DNA of 64,000 bases from Klebsormidium nitens (GCA_000708835.1 DF237106.1:22370-86369), one strand, 5' to 3'; shown: positions 37,726-50,699, numbered from the stretch's first letter. Translations and numbers: made by a program. Notes: generated by a model from the letters alone, not told the origin.

Positions 37726-38700
37726 GGGGCTATCCGGTTCTGGTTCCAATTCCGGTTCTGGTTCCCATTCCCGTACTTCTGGTTCCGCTTCTTCCAATTC
37801 CGGGAGAAAGGCGCTGGACGCACGCCGACCATGATGGAATCGCCGGCCGCCAACATAATGGCAGTACTGGGAAGCAGCACTGACCACAGACTAGTACCGT
37901 ACTTGTGCCGAGCTGCAGTAGGTCAGTACAATGGGCGCTATTGACAGAAGCGCGGCCCCTGACGGGCCACGGATCCACTTTATGCGGGCATCGTTCTGGC
38001 AGGAGGGCTAAGAGGGGTAACCCTCCTAATCTTAGGGAAGCTCAGCGGCTCCGAATGCTTCTTCGAGTCACGCTTAGTACTCCCCAGATTCCGGGCGTCG
38101 TGGTTCTGGAGTCCGGCCCTTGAAGGGTTGTAACCCTGAAACCGTTAAAGCCAGAGGAGCAGCACGAATCAATCCATCTTAGGATGCACTAAATTGTTTG
38201 AAAGCCCGTCCAAGAGCACTGTGAACCAAAGATTTTGAATCTGGAATGCGAAGTTGTTGTTGCTGAGAGCCTTTGGTAGGGCTTTGGAGATGAAAAAGAC
38301 GGAAAACATGTGATCCCGTAAGCATCTCATTATACGCTACTTGCTAGAGCATCCCGTTTGGATGCGTAGCCATGCAAGCAGGGATCCCAGTGACAGACTG
38401 TTGCTGCCATGATCAAAACGTGACCCCATCCGATGTTGAAACGTGAATCGGCATCAAAAGTCATACGAGCACGTACGCGAAGATACATTGACGCTTGAAA
38501 CATACTGAACATCGACCGACTGTGTGCATCATGTGCTGTGGCTCTTGGCGCTTGCCGGCCGCATGCGAAACCCAATTTAGCGAGCACAATCTTGTCACTG
38601 ACGATCAAGAATCGCGGCAACAAGCGACACTGCTAAAAATCATCGTTAGCATTTCGGCCCTCCACATCTATGAGATTTTGAGTGCTCAAATACTTCAAGC

Positions 38701-39774
38701 TCAGCGCCGCAACCCATCCAAGGACCGCCCACAGAGGTTACACGACGTGTCTCTGAAGTTCACCGTAAATTCTTCCGCTCGAGCTGCCTCACAGCTGGAT
38801 CAGTAACGGCCATCCCACCTTCCGCAATAGCCTTCCACCCGTATCCCCCAATCGACAAAAGCCACCGAAAGCTTTTCCTCGACCGAAGCACCTGACTGGC
38901 TCCGACTCAGCCGCTTCAACGGCGGAACACGGATCCCATTGTACTCAGCGTCTTCAAATGTTGCGTGCAAGCACATCTCCACGTTGCTTTTGCGGTCGAC
39001 TTCAGGCACTCCAGGTTCGCTGACGTGCCAGCAAATGCTAGCGACGGAGTCGAAATTCATCGCGCAAAGACAAACATAGCAATCCGTAGCTTTATATAGA
39101 GGCACCCACTTTACCGACCCGCCTCCAAGAAGGATGTACGACTCCAAGTTGACGTCAACATCCGCCCATGAAGGTTCTGTGACGTCAGCCGGCAGGTCCT
39201 TGATTGCAAACAAGGGATGCAGATGTCCGATCTCCGCATAGAAATAGACCCGTAGACTCCAACTATCCAGAAAGCTTTTCACTTTGCATGACGCTTGACC
39301 CGCTCCATACAAGCAGAGCCGCCCCTGCAGCGTCCTTATCAACACCAGCAAGCTTATTGCAGACTGCGACTCAATCTTCGTGATACTCTCCTCGAAAACA
39401 GCTGGGCCGGTCTTGTTCAATGCTAACTTCTTTGACATCGTTCTGGCCCAGCGGGCTCGGACAAGCGCCTCAAAACCACCGAAACTCTCGACTGTTTCCT
39501 GAAACGCTGCTGCTTCGTGCTCCTTGGGATCTGGAGGCTCTGAAGGGCTGTAGAAAGCGGCTCTCCACAGAGAAGCGTGCGAAGAAGCGACTGAGTGAAA
39601 GTTCTTACACGCAGCGCTAGCAGCTAGCAAAGCTGGAGGATCCTGCGAAGCCAGCTTGTTGAAGATATTGAACAAAGCTCCGTCGGGCAATTGAGAAAAA
39701 CCTGTTACTTCCGGCTTGGCCGCCTTCGCGTTTCCTGGTTCTTGGAGTAAGAGCTGATCGTTACTCCGCTCCAT
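38701..39774 (-). pseudogene. F-box copy B, premature TGA at 38802-38800 removing the last 32 codons
   Basis: The 324-aa ORF stops at GRY*, but the same frame continues SSCEAARAEEFTVNFRDTSCNLCGRSLDGLRR* to 38701, matching the C-terminus of copy A. Confidence 0.8.
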
Positions 39775-40084
39775 TGCCTTGGCTTGTTGAAACTTGAGTC
39801 GGTGATATGGTTTAAGGAGCCCGGGCCCACGACTGGGGGCTGCTTTCTACTGCGGCTAGAATTTCGGGTTCTAACCACGCCGCTTTGCTGTCTGCACATG
39901 CAAACGTCCAGATGCTTACAAGCTTCAAATATTGTTTCAAGTTCAAACTCTGAGTCTTTGTTCAGACTTCAGGTCCGGAGGAAATCTCAAGATCAGGCCG
40001 TGTGTCTTGCTCGCAAAATAATCAGGTTGACTGCATACCCGCGGCATTTCTATAAGTTGACTGCCAGCAAAATGTCGGCGCCTT

Positions 40085-40140
40085 GCAGAATTCCGCGCGG
40101 CTTTGCCGTCCGAGTCGCGGCCGGCTTGCGGTCCGGCGCG
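40085..40140. promoter_or_regulatory. Conserved GC-rich upstream motif of F-box copy B
   Basis: GCAGAATTCCGCGCGGCTTTGCC...TCGCGGCCGGCTTG lies ~310 nt upstream of the ATG, within a flank homologous to 37367-37960. Confidence 0.55.
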
Positions 40141-40774
40141 GCTATTCTGGACGATTAGTTCTGATTCCCATTCGGTTCTGCTTCTTCTGGTTCCGCTTCT
40201 TCCAATCGGGAGATAGGCGCTGGATGCACGCCGACTCACCCTCGTGACTCACCGCGTGCCCATCTTTGGCAAGTCGCCATTTTTTGAGCTGTGCCAGCTG
40301 GGGATCGGACGGTTGAGAACTGAGCAAAGCATTAATGCCCGAACCCAAGAAGAGGTGTTAGCGCGCCAACCGTGGCGGCTTTGTGCGCGTTCTGCTTCCA
40401 ATCTGGCTCAAATGTTAGAAGACCTTCTTCTGACGACTTCTGAGGTCTTCCAACAAAAAGAATGCTGAAAGAAGCATGAAGAATGGTGAACGAACCAGGT
40501 ATGCCTAGGTTTAGACTGTGGGTTAAGAATCTAACCAACTTGCCAAAGATGGGACCCCGGTATAACAGCCACGAGACCACGATGGAAACGCCGGCCGCCA
40601 ACATGTCGGCAGTATTGGCAAGCAGCACCGGCCACATACTAGTACTCGAACCGAGCCGCAGTAGGTCAGTAATACAACTTTGGGCGCTATCAAAAGCGCG
40701 CGTCGCCTCATGACGAGCCACCACTCTATGTGGGCATCGCACGACTCATGGCAGGAGGGCTATGATGGTGTACC

Positions 40775-41264
40775 NNNNNNNNNNNNNNNNNNNNNNNNNN
40801 NNNNNNNNNNNNNNNNNNNNNNNNNNNNNNNNNNNNNNNNNNNNNNNNNNNNNNNNNNNNNNNNNNNNNNNNNNNNNNNNNNNNNNNNNNNNNNNNNNNN
40901 NNNNNNNNNNNNNNNNNNNNNNNNNNNNNNNNNNNNNNNNNNNNNNNNNNNNNNNNNNNNNNNNNNNNNNNNNNNNNNNNNNNNNNNNNNNNNNNNNNNN
41001 NNNNNNNNNNNNNNNNNNNNNNNNNNNNNNNNNNNNNNNNNNNNNNNNNNNNNNNNNNNNNNNNNNNNNNNNNNNNNNNNNNNNNNNNNNNNNNNNNNNN
41101 NNNNNNNNNNNNNNNNNNNNNNNNNNNNNNNNNNNNNNNNNNNNNNNNNNNNNNNNNNNNNNNNNNNNNNNNNNNNNNNNNNNNNNNNNNNNNNNNNNNN
41201 NNNNNNNNNNNNNNNNNNNNNNNNNNNNNNNNNNNNNNNNNNNNNNNNNNNNNNNNNNNNNNNN
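40775..41264. other. Assembly gap (490 N)
   Basis: Run of N. Confidence 1.
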
Positions 41265-42436
41265 GCGCAAATACTTCTAACAGGGTTTTGGAAGGCCAGT
41301 GCCAAAGCAGGAGCTAGTAGTGGTGTAACCGGGCTGGGTAAGCTTTCGTCAACGCTCATGAAACGCCAGGATTTTTGGTGCCGTGAATCAGCAGGGGCGT
41401 GCCACGTACGTGGCAAGCCCACATGAGACCAAACTGTGTGTACTTAGACTTCCTCAGAAGAGACAGAGGATGGGGCCCTGCTTCTCATTATTTTTGCTTG
41501 CTTATGGCTTTAACCCGGGTCCTGATCAGGTCACTAGGTTCGAAAACCTCGATATTTGATTGGCTTTTTTATTTGCCAATTGCCTGCTACTAGTGGTAGC
41601 TGAAAGGAAAGTCGTACAGCAGGTCATCCGTAGTCGAACCATCTTATGAGATGACACTGGCAGATTTAAGATCAATGAATGCTTATACGTGGCGTTCGGT
41701 TGGATAGCCCTGGGAGCAGAGCGTCGTTTTGTAGAGCCCATCGATAAGTCGACCCCTGGCACTTGGATGCGCAAACTGCACCGAAAGTGCTGCCGAAAAC
41801 ATATGTCAAGGTTACCTCCGACTACAGATCTGCAACATCATTTGCGCGGTACGCCATCAAATACGACTTTTGCACTTTCTTGCGAACGAGAAACTCACAT
41901 GACGCTCAAATGGGAACGGCGATTTGTGAGTCTATTGCCGTCATGGTAGTAGACCTATGAAAACGTGCCGGACTCTGCGCTGAAGTTCGCGGCTGCGACG
42001 GATTGCAAGTTCTTCATGACCTGCCGGCCAGAGTGATCCAGCATGAAGGTGTGGACACCCTTCCCGATGCAATGATGTACACAGTTCCCAGCTCACAGGC
42101 CCCTTTCTTCCTGTAAAGCCAATCCAAGAAGAGCATATTCAAAGCCCATAAGCAGGTGGCATTCAAAGAGACGGCCTTTGGTCAACTGCGTTCTTGAAAC
42201 CAGGTTGGAGTGCCTTCGTGTCGTTATAAATCCCTCCTATCTTTGGGACTAAGCATCACGTACGAAATTGAAGGCCCTCACGTCGTCGTCACTTTAATCT
42301 CCAAACACAAAATGACCCGGAGCACAATCTCGTTGCTGACGTTCCGGAGTAACAATTCCGAATTCTCTCGAGAGTCTCTGGAAGATCGGAACAGCGACGT
42401 GGCACTCAACTGCGTCTTTTGCACGCAAGCTCACCG

Positions 42437-43488
42437 TTACAACCCATTCAAGGAAAATCCACAACGGTGACACCAATTCCATTTTCCAGTCACCGTATCG
42501 CCCTCCTTTCCAGCTTCTTCAGAACCGGAATCAAGACGTTCAAGCGTCGCGTCGCAATTTCCGCCAAGCCGTATCTCCCATTGAACACAAGCCTCAAACG
42601 GCGGTTGATTGACGGAAGCCTCCGACTGTGTTTGATTCGGCGCTGCTCTGCACTTACAATTGCGATGAGTATTTTCAAGCGCCGCGTGCAGGCAGAATTG
42701 CACGTTTTCTTCGCAGACCCGATGCGTTCCAGGTTTGGTGTGGGGCCAGCAAATGTTAGCGACGGCTTCAAAGCTGAGTGCGCGGGCAGAGTAATGTCGC
42801 ACCGTTCTCCTGCGCAGGTGCACCCACTTCAGGGATCCCCCTTCAAATAATATGTAGGACTCCAATTCCAGATCCACATCCGCCCAAGGAACTCTCTGAA
42901 CTAACTCGACGGGCAGGCTCCTGGTTGGAACAACTTGACGGAGGTGGTGCATTCTCTTGTAGAAGTAAGTGTCGAAACCCCAACGGCAGGATTGTTGAAC
43001 ATCTCCGTATAAACAGAGCCTCCCCTGGTTCGATCTCACGAACACCAAAAACTCTACCTTAAGTCGTGACTCTTTTTCGGTAAAAGTCTCCTCATGAGAA
43101 GCTACTGTGTTTTTATCAGAGTCTTCACTCAACCTTTCCAACGCCCCTTTAGCCCAGCGGGCTCGCACGAGAGCTTCGTAACCACCAAAGCGCTGCACTA
43201 CCTCCTGAAATGCTGCTGGTTCAGGGTCCTTAGGAGACTGGGAGGCTCAAGTGGGCTGTAGAAAGCAACTCTCCACAGGGAAGCGTTCAAGGAAGCTACT
43301 GAGTGAAAGTTCTTGCACGAAGCGGCGGCAGCGAGCAAATTTGGAGGATCTTGCAAAGCGAGCTTGCTAAATATGTTGAACAAAGCATCGTCGGGTAATT
43401 GAACGTCCTCTGTTGCGTCCCTTGCCATCTTCAGATTTTTTGAATCCTGTAGCGAACCCGCAACATTTGCCTCAGAGCTTGGCGCCAT
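42437..43488 (-). pseudogene. F-box copy C, +2 frameshift at ~43235
   Basis: ORFs 43488-43198 (F-box) and 43198-42437 are joined by removing 2 nt in AGT-CT-CCT-AAG, which restores EPPSPKDPEPAAFQEVV as in the paralogues. Confidence 0.8.
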
Positions 43489-43877
43489 TGCCAGCTGTCA
43501 AAAAAGGTTCTGGACTTTGGGAGCTTCACAACTGGAAGTGCTCTGTCCTGCGGCTCAGAACCTTGCGGGTTGAATCTCAGGTGAAATGTAATTCCTAATT
43601 ACCGCGCTGCTTTCTATCTGCACGTGCAAATTTCTAGAGCTCGCAGTTGCTACAAGGTTTCGAAAAGTGTTTGTTCACACTTCGATAGTATCTCCTCAGG
43701 TTCGAAGTCCGTTTCGAGATGCAATCTTATGCTGGATCGTCTGTTGGACCCCGGGCAGGCTCTGTAACATATTTGCTCCTCAAAAGGGTAGAGTTTACTG
43801 CACAGTCAGCTTGTCACCCGTGGCCTCCTAACGAAAGCACCTTTTGTTGACCCCCATGATACTAGTGTCGGCCTCTA

Positions 43878-44090
43878 GCAGGATTCCGCGCGGCGTTGCC
43901 CTCGCGGCCGGATTGTGTCCGGCCGCGGCAGGGCGCGGCGCGCAGGTTTTAGAGCCGCGCGCGCGGCCCGCGCGTGTGCGGCAGCGCTAGCGAAGCCGCA
44001 CTCCGACTTCATCAGCTCACTTTGGATGGAACAGATCGACGTTGAACCTACCAGAGTACGAGGGGTTTTGAACAAAAGCAGCTCCTGAAA
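43878..44090. promoter_or_regulatory. GC-rich block between divergent copies C and D (putative bidirectional promoter)
   Basis: 43878-43925 matches the motif upstream of A and B. 43950-44090 is an inverted homologue of 48025-48170, upstream of copy E. Confidence 0.55.
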
Positions 44091-44339
44091 GCCTCGTTGA
44101 TACCGTGGGAATCATATTGACGTCCGTGAATGTTTGTGGACGCAAACAGCAAGCAAAGTGGTCACCGGGGCCGGAATAATCAGAAGCTGAACAAGCGGCA
44201 GTGCAGAATCCTCAGAATATCCCTCAGTCCCAAGGGCTTCCGAAACAAAGCAGCGACTCAGTGTCTAGACAGCCGGCCACTCAAGCCGTACAACCAAGTA
44301 ATCAAGAAATCAAGCCGCTTTCAGTCCCGCGATCACCAG

Positions 44340-45296
44340 ATGAAAAGTGTAACGCAGGAGGTCCTTTTGCCCAACGACGCTTTGTTCATTATCTTCAGCA
44401 AGCTCGCTTTGCAAGATCCTCGAGCTTTGCTCGCTGCCAGCGCCCGCGTGCAAGAATTTTCACACCGTGGCTTCTTCGCACGCTTCCCTATGGTGGCGAT
44501 CCGCTTTCTACAGCCTTTCCGAGCCTCCGGAAACTGAGGATCCCAAAGAAGCAGCCTTTCAGGAGGTAGTGAAGCAATTCGGAGGTTACGAGGCGCTCGT
44601 CCGAGCTCGCTGGGCCAATGGAATGTCAGCTCTGAACAAGACCGATCTTGCTTGTTTCGAGGAGAGTCTCACGAAGCTTGAACTTGGCTCACAATATGAG
44701 ATAAAGCTGTTGGTCTTCCTGAGGACGACGCAAGGACGGCTGTGCTTGTATGGAGAGGGTCAAACTTCCTGCCGTTGGAGTTCTGATACTCACTTCTTCA
44801 TGAAAATCAACCCTCTACGTCCCCTGTTTTCAGCTGAAAACCTGCCCGTTGAGTTAGTCAAAAGAGTTCCGTGGGCGGAAGTGGACGTTCAGCTGGAGTC
44901 ATATATCTCTTTTGAAGGGGGGTCGGTGAACTGGGTGCCCCTACGCAGGAGTACGGTGCGCGATTTTCCTTCGCGCGAGCTCAGATTTGAAGCTGTCGCC
45001 AATGTCTGCTGGGATCACACCGAAGTTGGGGTTTGCAACTCAGACCTGCAGTTCTGCCTGCACGCGACGCTTGAAGACTGCCTTTACATGCAGTACCTAA
45101 TCGAGTGCGAAGATGCCACACGCCTTTGCCGGAGCCTCCCGTTGAATTTGAGCTACGGCTTGCCGGACATTGCGGAGCGAGGGTGAAACGTTGTGGTTCG
45201 GGTTCTGGGAAAATACGAATGGAGGGTGATTTGATACTCGGTCAATATATGAAGTGCGACCATTGTGGGCTGACCCTGTCTGGACTGCGAGATTGA
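44340..45296 (+). pseudogene. F-box copy D (inverted orientation), frameshifts at ~44444 and ~45120
   Basis: An extra C in GCC-C-GCG-TGC breaks AASAACK. The conserved tail (ELRLAGHCG...KCDHCGLTLSGL) lies in a second frame, 45105-45296. Confidence 0.8.
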
Positions 45297-45949
45297 GCTT
45301 CGTGTTTACAAGAGCACGTTCAAAAAACTTAATTGCCAGGTTCGTTGATCATATTATTTGGGAAGGATTATCCGTAACGTTCTGACTATAAGAACGCTCG
45401 CGGACTTCCAGTAAAGAGAGTAAAAGCTGGGGCGATGTAGATACATTTGGTATAATCGTGGGGCTTTTCCGTAAAAGAATAAGAGGAGTCTGTTATCAGG
45501 TACGAAATCACTGAACGCGGTGTCTCTAAACATCAGTCCTTTATAAACACTTTCGTTCCTGACTGGCTCTCCAAGAAGGATGGGACCCGTATGATGGATC
45601 TGCTTTGCATCATCGCGTACAAAAACCTCTTCGTGCCCTCATGCTGCATTACTGTGTCAGCTTCAAATTTGTGCCATCAACATCAATTCTGAATGCCCCT
45701 TGTATCCGGGACACGTGGTGTGATGATTCCGCGACTTCCTTGCCAAAAAGATATACGTCGCCGTATCCATTTCGTTTGTGACGCCTTCACAGTACACTTT
45801 TGAATGCTTTATGTCACCATTCTGCCAACGCGCAATCGTCGCAGCCAGCTTTTTGAATAGTAGACACCGACAAACTCGCCTGTGCAGAATCTGAGCTTCA
45901 GAGTTGGTAGACTTCTTGATTTTTCCGTTAGTGACAAACGAATTTTTTA

Positions 45950-46700
45950 TCTTCAGCATCTTGCTCATGGAATATGTCGCGTGATGTTTCAGCGCTTTCT
46001 CCGCTCCATCAGATATGAAGGGGTAAGGGGATGTGTCCCATATCATCAGTGGGAGAGGCACGTACATAACCTGAAACCGAAACTTCCCTGGACGGTCATA
46101 GCATTCAAACTAAGCAAGCCATCGACCAGACGGTCCGTTTTCTTGGTGACCGTATCTAAGCCGTCAGTCTTATGCATTTTTTATGAAGACCAAAACGACG
46201 GCCAATTGTACGTCTTCTCTTATATGCAGCAAGGCAGAACCTTTGGCAGGAATCTTGGACCATCATCGGCAGATTGACTTAAAGGACCCGTCTCGACGAT
46301 CTGAGATTCTGGAAAGTGAGGATCTTGATCGAGAAAAGCATGTTCTCAAACCACGTCAGATTCAGGCGCCGCGGGCAGCTACTAGTCGAGAACATGTCGA
46401 AAACATACGTGACGCTTTTGCAACAGTCCTTCAAACAAGGTTACCTTAGTTGCGCCGCACGCCACCAGTTGCAATGAATTTTGCCATTGAGGTTGAACGG
46501 AATGATCCGCACTGCGCTCGAAACATGCTTGGGCGGCTTTGAGAACGGTTTGAAGGGAATCAAGGCAACTTTACCAGAGAATCTCCGGAAAAAAAGAAGA
46601 ATACATATGACTATTTCGATGCGAAATCTCAGAATTGATCCTCAACAGAATGTGTTAGTGCGCCACATCAAGCGTCTTTAAATCCAGGGGCAAATCAAAC
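45950..46700. repeat. Segmental duplication: 3' flank of copy E is homologous to 48840-49600 (3' flank of copy F)
   Basis: For example GCGCTTTCTCCGCTCC..TATGAA..GGTAAGGGGATGT and GCAGAACCTTTGGCAGGAATC..GACCATCATCGGCA occur in both blocks; period ~2.9 kb. Confidence 0.85.
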
Positions 46701-46749
46701 CCGGCGCTCAACTTCTTCGAATGTCCTTATCAGTGCTAAAGCGACCGGC

Positions 46750-47773
46750 TCATCGTCGCATCCACTTCAGGGACCTCCTACAATATATTGCACCAGTAGT
46801 CACCACCATCCGCAGAATTACCCTTCGTTTCTGCTGCTCCATCGGAGACTTGACGCCTCTTTCCGACTCCGCACAGTCCGTTCATCCGTATACCCCAGTC
46901 AACAAAAGCCCCAGAATCTTTCAGATTGGCATAAGGCTCTGATTGACTCGGTTTCTTCATGACTATGCTCCGACTCCCGTTGTGTTCGGCGTCTTCAAAC
47001 GTAGCGTGCAGGCACAATTCCACGTTTCGTTGGTGGAATTACCCGTATACCTCAGGGTCGGTGTAGTGCCAGCAAACGCTGTTGGCAGTGTCGAATTCAT
47101 AACGACGCTGAAAGTGGCCCCTCTCCTCCATATCTCTGTATAGAGGCGCCCACTTTAGGGATCCCCCTCCAAAGGCTATGTATGCCTCCAGTTGAACGTC
47201 GACATCCGCCCAAGGAACTCTGGTGATCTCAACTGGCAGGTCCTTGATTGGAAACAGGGGATACAGGTGTCTGATTTGGGAATAGAAATAGGCGTCAAAA
47301 CCCCAGCGATTTAGCGCGCTACCCACTTGGAGTGAAGTTTGACCCACTCCATACAAGCAGAGCCGTCCCTGCATTGTTCTCACGACTATCAAGAAGCGTA
47401 TCTCTGACCGAGACTCGATCTTTCTGAGACTCTCCTCGAAGAAAGCTAGCCCATTCTTGTCACCCTTTGTTGCTAATCTCTGAGACATTTCTTTGGCCCA
47501 GCGTGCTCGAACAAGGGCCTCGTAACCACCGAATCCTTTCACTACTTCCTGAAAAGCTGCTGCCTCGCGCTCCTGAGAATCGGGGGGTTCTGAGGGGCTG
47601 TAGAAAGCGGATCTCCATAGGGAAGCGTGCGAAGAAGCTACGGCATAAAAGTTCTTACAAGCTGAGCTGGCAGCATGCAGAATTGGAGGGTCCTGCAAAG
47701 CGAGCTTGCTGAAGATCTAGATATTGAATAAAGCTTCGTCGGGCAACAGGACCTCTTGCGTTACCCCAGTCAT
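46750..47773 (-). pseudogene. F-box copy E, two in-frame stops and a terminal frameshift
   Basis: A 6-nt insertion creates TAG at 47719-47717 (ALFNI*IFSKL). There is a TAA at 47041-47039 (EVYG*FHQRNVELC) and a +1 base near 46783 in CNICxRPL. Otherwise very similar to copy F. Confidence 0.88.
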
Positions 47774-49628
47774 CTTCAAATCTGGTGATTGCGGGACTTA
47801 AAGCGGCTTCATTTCTGATATCTTGGTTGAATGGTTTGAGTGGCCGGCTGCCCAGCCACTGAGTCGGTGATTACTCTGCGAAGCCCTCAGGACTGGGATA
47901 TGCTCTGGAGGGTTGACTGCGGCTTGTTTTTCTGGTTTTTCCGGCCTTGCCGACCACGCTGCTTGCTGTTTGCGTCCGCGAACAATCACGGACGTCAAGA
48001 TCGTTCTCACGGTACCAACAAGGAGTTCAGGATCTGCTTTTGTTCAAAACCCCCAGTACTCTGGTAGGTTCAACGCATGTTCTATCCCCAGATCAAGTGA
48101 GCTGAAGTCGGAGTGCGGCCTTTCTAGCGCTGCCGCACGCGCGCGGGCCGCGCACGCGGCTCTTTAACCCGCGCGGCCGCGCCCGGCCCGGCCGCGGCTC
48201 TTGGACGGCGCCGGCAGTTGGAGCGGCGTCGAGAACGCCTCACTGACCCATCAATAGTCGGATGCAGGAAGGCCTCCATCTAAGCCATAGTGCCGTGTCC
48301 TCTTCTATTCCTATGCTTGAGCAAAAAGCTGTAGATACTCATACTTCATGACCAGGGCACACGGCGCAGATATAGAATTGCGGGCTAAAGCCATTGAGCT
48401 TCGAAGCGCCGAAACCTTTTATTCTGGAAGGGGCCCGTCAGGAGAGTGCTCCTTCAGCCCTGTCCTAGACACTTTCCTCATGGGTATAAAGTGCGAAATG
48501 CTATCATCGCCTTGGTGGGCTCGGGCCATTTAACTTTGAGCATCATATAAAGCGGTTTGTGCCGGCCGCCAACTTCTGCAGATACAATATTTGTAAAAAA
48601 GTCACGTCTTCGTATCCTGTCCTTCCCCGGCCTCATTCTCAAAAGTGCAGAGTAGACATAGTAGGAAGGTTTTCTCGCGCCTCTCCTTCAGCTTGATCCA
48701 GGAACCGTTTCATCAGAGGAGATATTGCATGTTGGTGCATTCTTGAGAAGTAGACTGACAAACTCATTTGTGCATAATCTGGACTCGATTTCTCAGACTC
48801 CTTGATTTGTTCGTTGGTGAAAAGCAAAACTTTCATCTCAATTCAGCATCTTCCTCATGAAAGGTGTCACGTGACGTTTCGGCGCTTTCTCCGCTCCTGA
48901 AGGTATGAAAAGGTAAGGGGATGTCTCTCATATCAAGAGTGGAAGAGGCATACATAACTTGGAATCATAGTCTTTCCTCGACAATCATAGCACTCAACCC
49001 AAGCAGAACATCGACCAGACGGTCCTTTTCTCGATGACCGTACTAAGCCATCACTCTTATGCTCCTTTATTAGGACCGCAACGACGGCCAATTGTACGTC
49101 TTCTCTTGTACGAGACGTATGCAGCAATGCAGAACCTTTGGCAGGAATCGTAGACCATCATCGGCAAATTGACAATGGACGCGTTTTGATGATTCAAGAC
49201 TCTCACTACTGAGGATCTTAATCAAGAAAATCATGTTCTAAAACAATGTAAGTTTCAGCCGCCGCGGACAATCACTAGTCGAGAATATGCCGAGAACATA
49301 GTTGATGCTTTTGCAACAGTCCTTCAGATAAAATACCTATTTTGCACCGCACGCCACCAGTTGCCAAAAGTATTGCCGTTGAGGTCGAACGGAATGATCC
49401 GCACTATGCTCAAAACAGGCTTCGGCGGCTCTGACATCCGTCTCAAGGAGATTCGATCAGAGAATCTCCGGAACAGAGAGAAATACATCTGACTGTTTCG
49501 ATGCATAATATAACAGATGGATCCTTAACAGAAAGTGTCAGTGCGCCACATCAAGCGTCTACAGGTTCCAGGGGCAAATCCAAGCGCTCGACTTCTTTGA
49601 TTTTCTGTTCAGCAGCAAAACCTCATGC

Positions 49629-50699
49629 TCATCGCCGCAGCCATTTCAGGGGCCTCCAACAAATATTGCAACAAAAATCACCACCACCCTTCCTATCGGC
49701 TGCTTCATCGATGACGTGACGCCTCTTTCCGATTCCGCACAGGCCGTTCATCCATAAACCCCAGTCAACAAAAGCCCCAGAATGTTGTAGATTGGCGTAA
49801 GGCTCTGAATGACTCTGGTTCTTCGTTACTATGCTCCGACTCCCGTTGTGTTGGGCGTCTTCGAACGTAGCGTGCAGGCACAGTTCCACGTTTCGTTGGT
49901 GGAATCTTTGTACTTCAGGGTCGCTGTAGTGCCAGCAAACGCTGCTGGCAGTGTCGAATTCATAACGACGCTGATAATGCTCTCCCTCTTCCATAAGTCT
50001 GTGTAGGGGCGCCCACTTTACGGACCCCCTTCCAAACGCTATGTAAGCCTCCAATTCGACTTCAACGTCCGCCCATGAGACTTTAGTCACTTCGACGGGC
50101 AGGTCTTTGACCGGAAACAAGGGATGTAGATGGCTGATTTGCGAGGAGATATAGGCGTCAAAACCCCAGCGGACGTTCAGCGCGCTACCCACGTTGTTGA
50201 GTTTAGCTTGACCCACTCCATAAAAGCAGGGCCGTTCTTGCATGGTCATCACGACTATCAAGAAGCGTATCTCTGAACGTGACTCAATCTCTCTGAGACT
50301 CTCCTCGAAGAAAGCTAGCCCGGTATCATCACACTTTGTAGCTAATCTTTGAGACATTGTTTTGGCCCAGCGGGCTCGAACAAGGGCCTCGTAGCCACCG
50401 AATCCTTTCACTACTTCCTGAAAAGCTGCTGCTTCAGGTTCCTTTGGACTGGGAGGCTCAAAAGGGCTGTAGAAAGCGGATCTCCACAGGGAAGCGTGCG
50501 AAGAAGCTACGGCGTAAAAGTTTTTGCATGCTGAGCTGGCAGCCAACAAAGTTGGAGGGTCCTGGGAAGCAAGCTTGCTGAAGATGATGAACAAAGCTTC
50601 GTCGGGTAAGTGGACCCATACGTTTGCCTCTGCGACCTTTAGGTTTGCTGGTTCTTGAAGTAAACGCGGTTTATTCTGTTGAAGACGACTTGAATCCAT
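49629..50699 (-). CDS. F-box protein, array copy F (intact, intronless, 356 aa)
   Basis: LPDEALFIIFSKLASQDPPTLLAASSACKNFYAVASSHASLWR; complete C-terminal domain ending CNICWRPLKWLRR. Confidence 0.82.
   Translation of the reverse strand: MDSSRLQQNKPRLLQEPANLKVAEANVWVHLPDEALFIIFSKLASQDPPTLLAASSACKNFYAVASSHASLWRSAFYSPFEPPSPKEPEAAAFQEVVKGFGGYEALVRARWAKTMSQRLATKCDDTGLAFFEESLREIESRSEIRFLIVVMTMQERPCFYGVGQAKLNNVGSALNVRWGFDAYISSQISHLHPLFPVKDLPVEVTKVSWADVEVELEAYIAFGRGSVKWAPLHRLMEEGEHYQRRYEFDTASSVCWHYSDPEVQRFHQRNVELCLHATFEDAQHNGSRSIVTKNQSHSEPYANLQHSGAFVDWGLWMNGLCGIGKRRHVIDEAADRKGGGDFCCNICWRPLKWLRR

Noticed and set aside
40680-41426. ORFs spanning the N run
   Set aside because: Artefacts of translating an assembly gap.
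45663-46700. Several 60-130-aa ORFs in the duplicated flank
   Set aside because: Frames are not preserved in the homologous block at 48840-49600.
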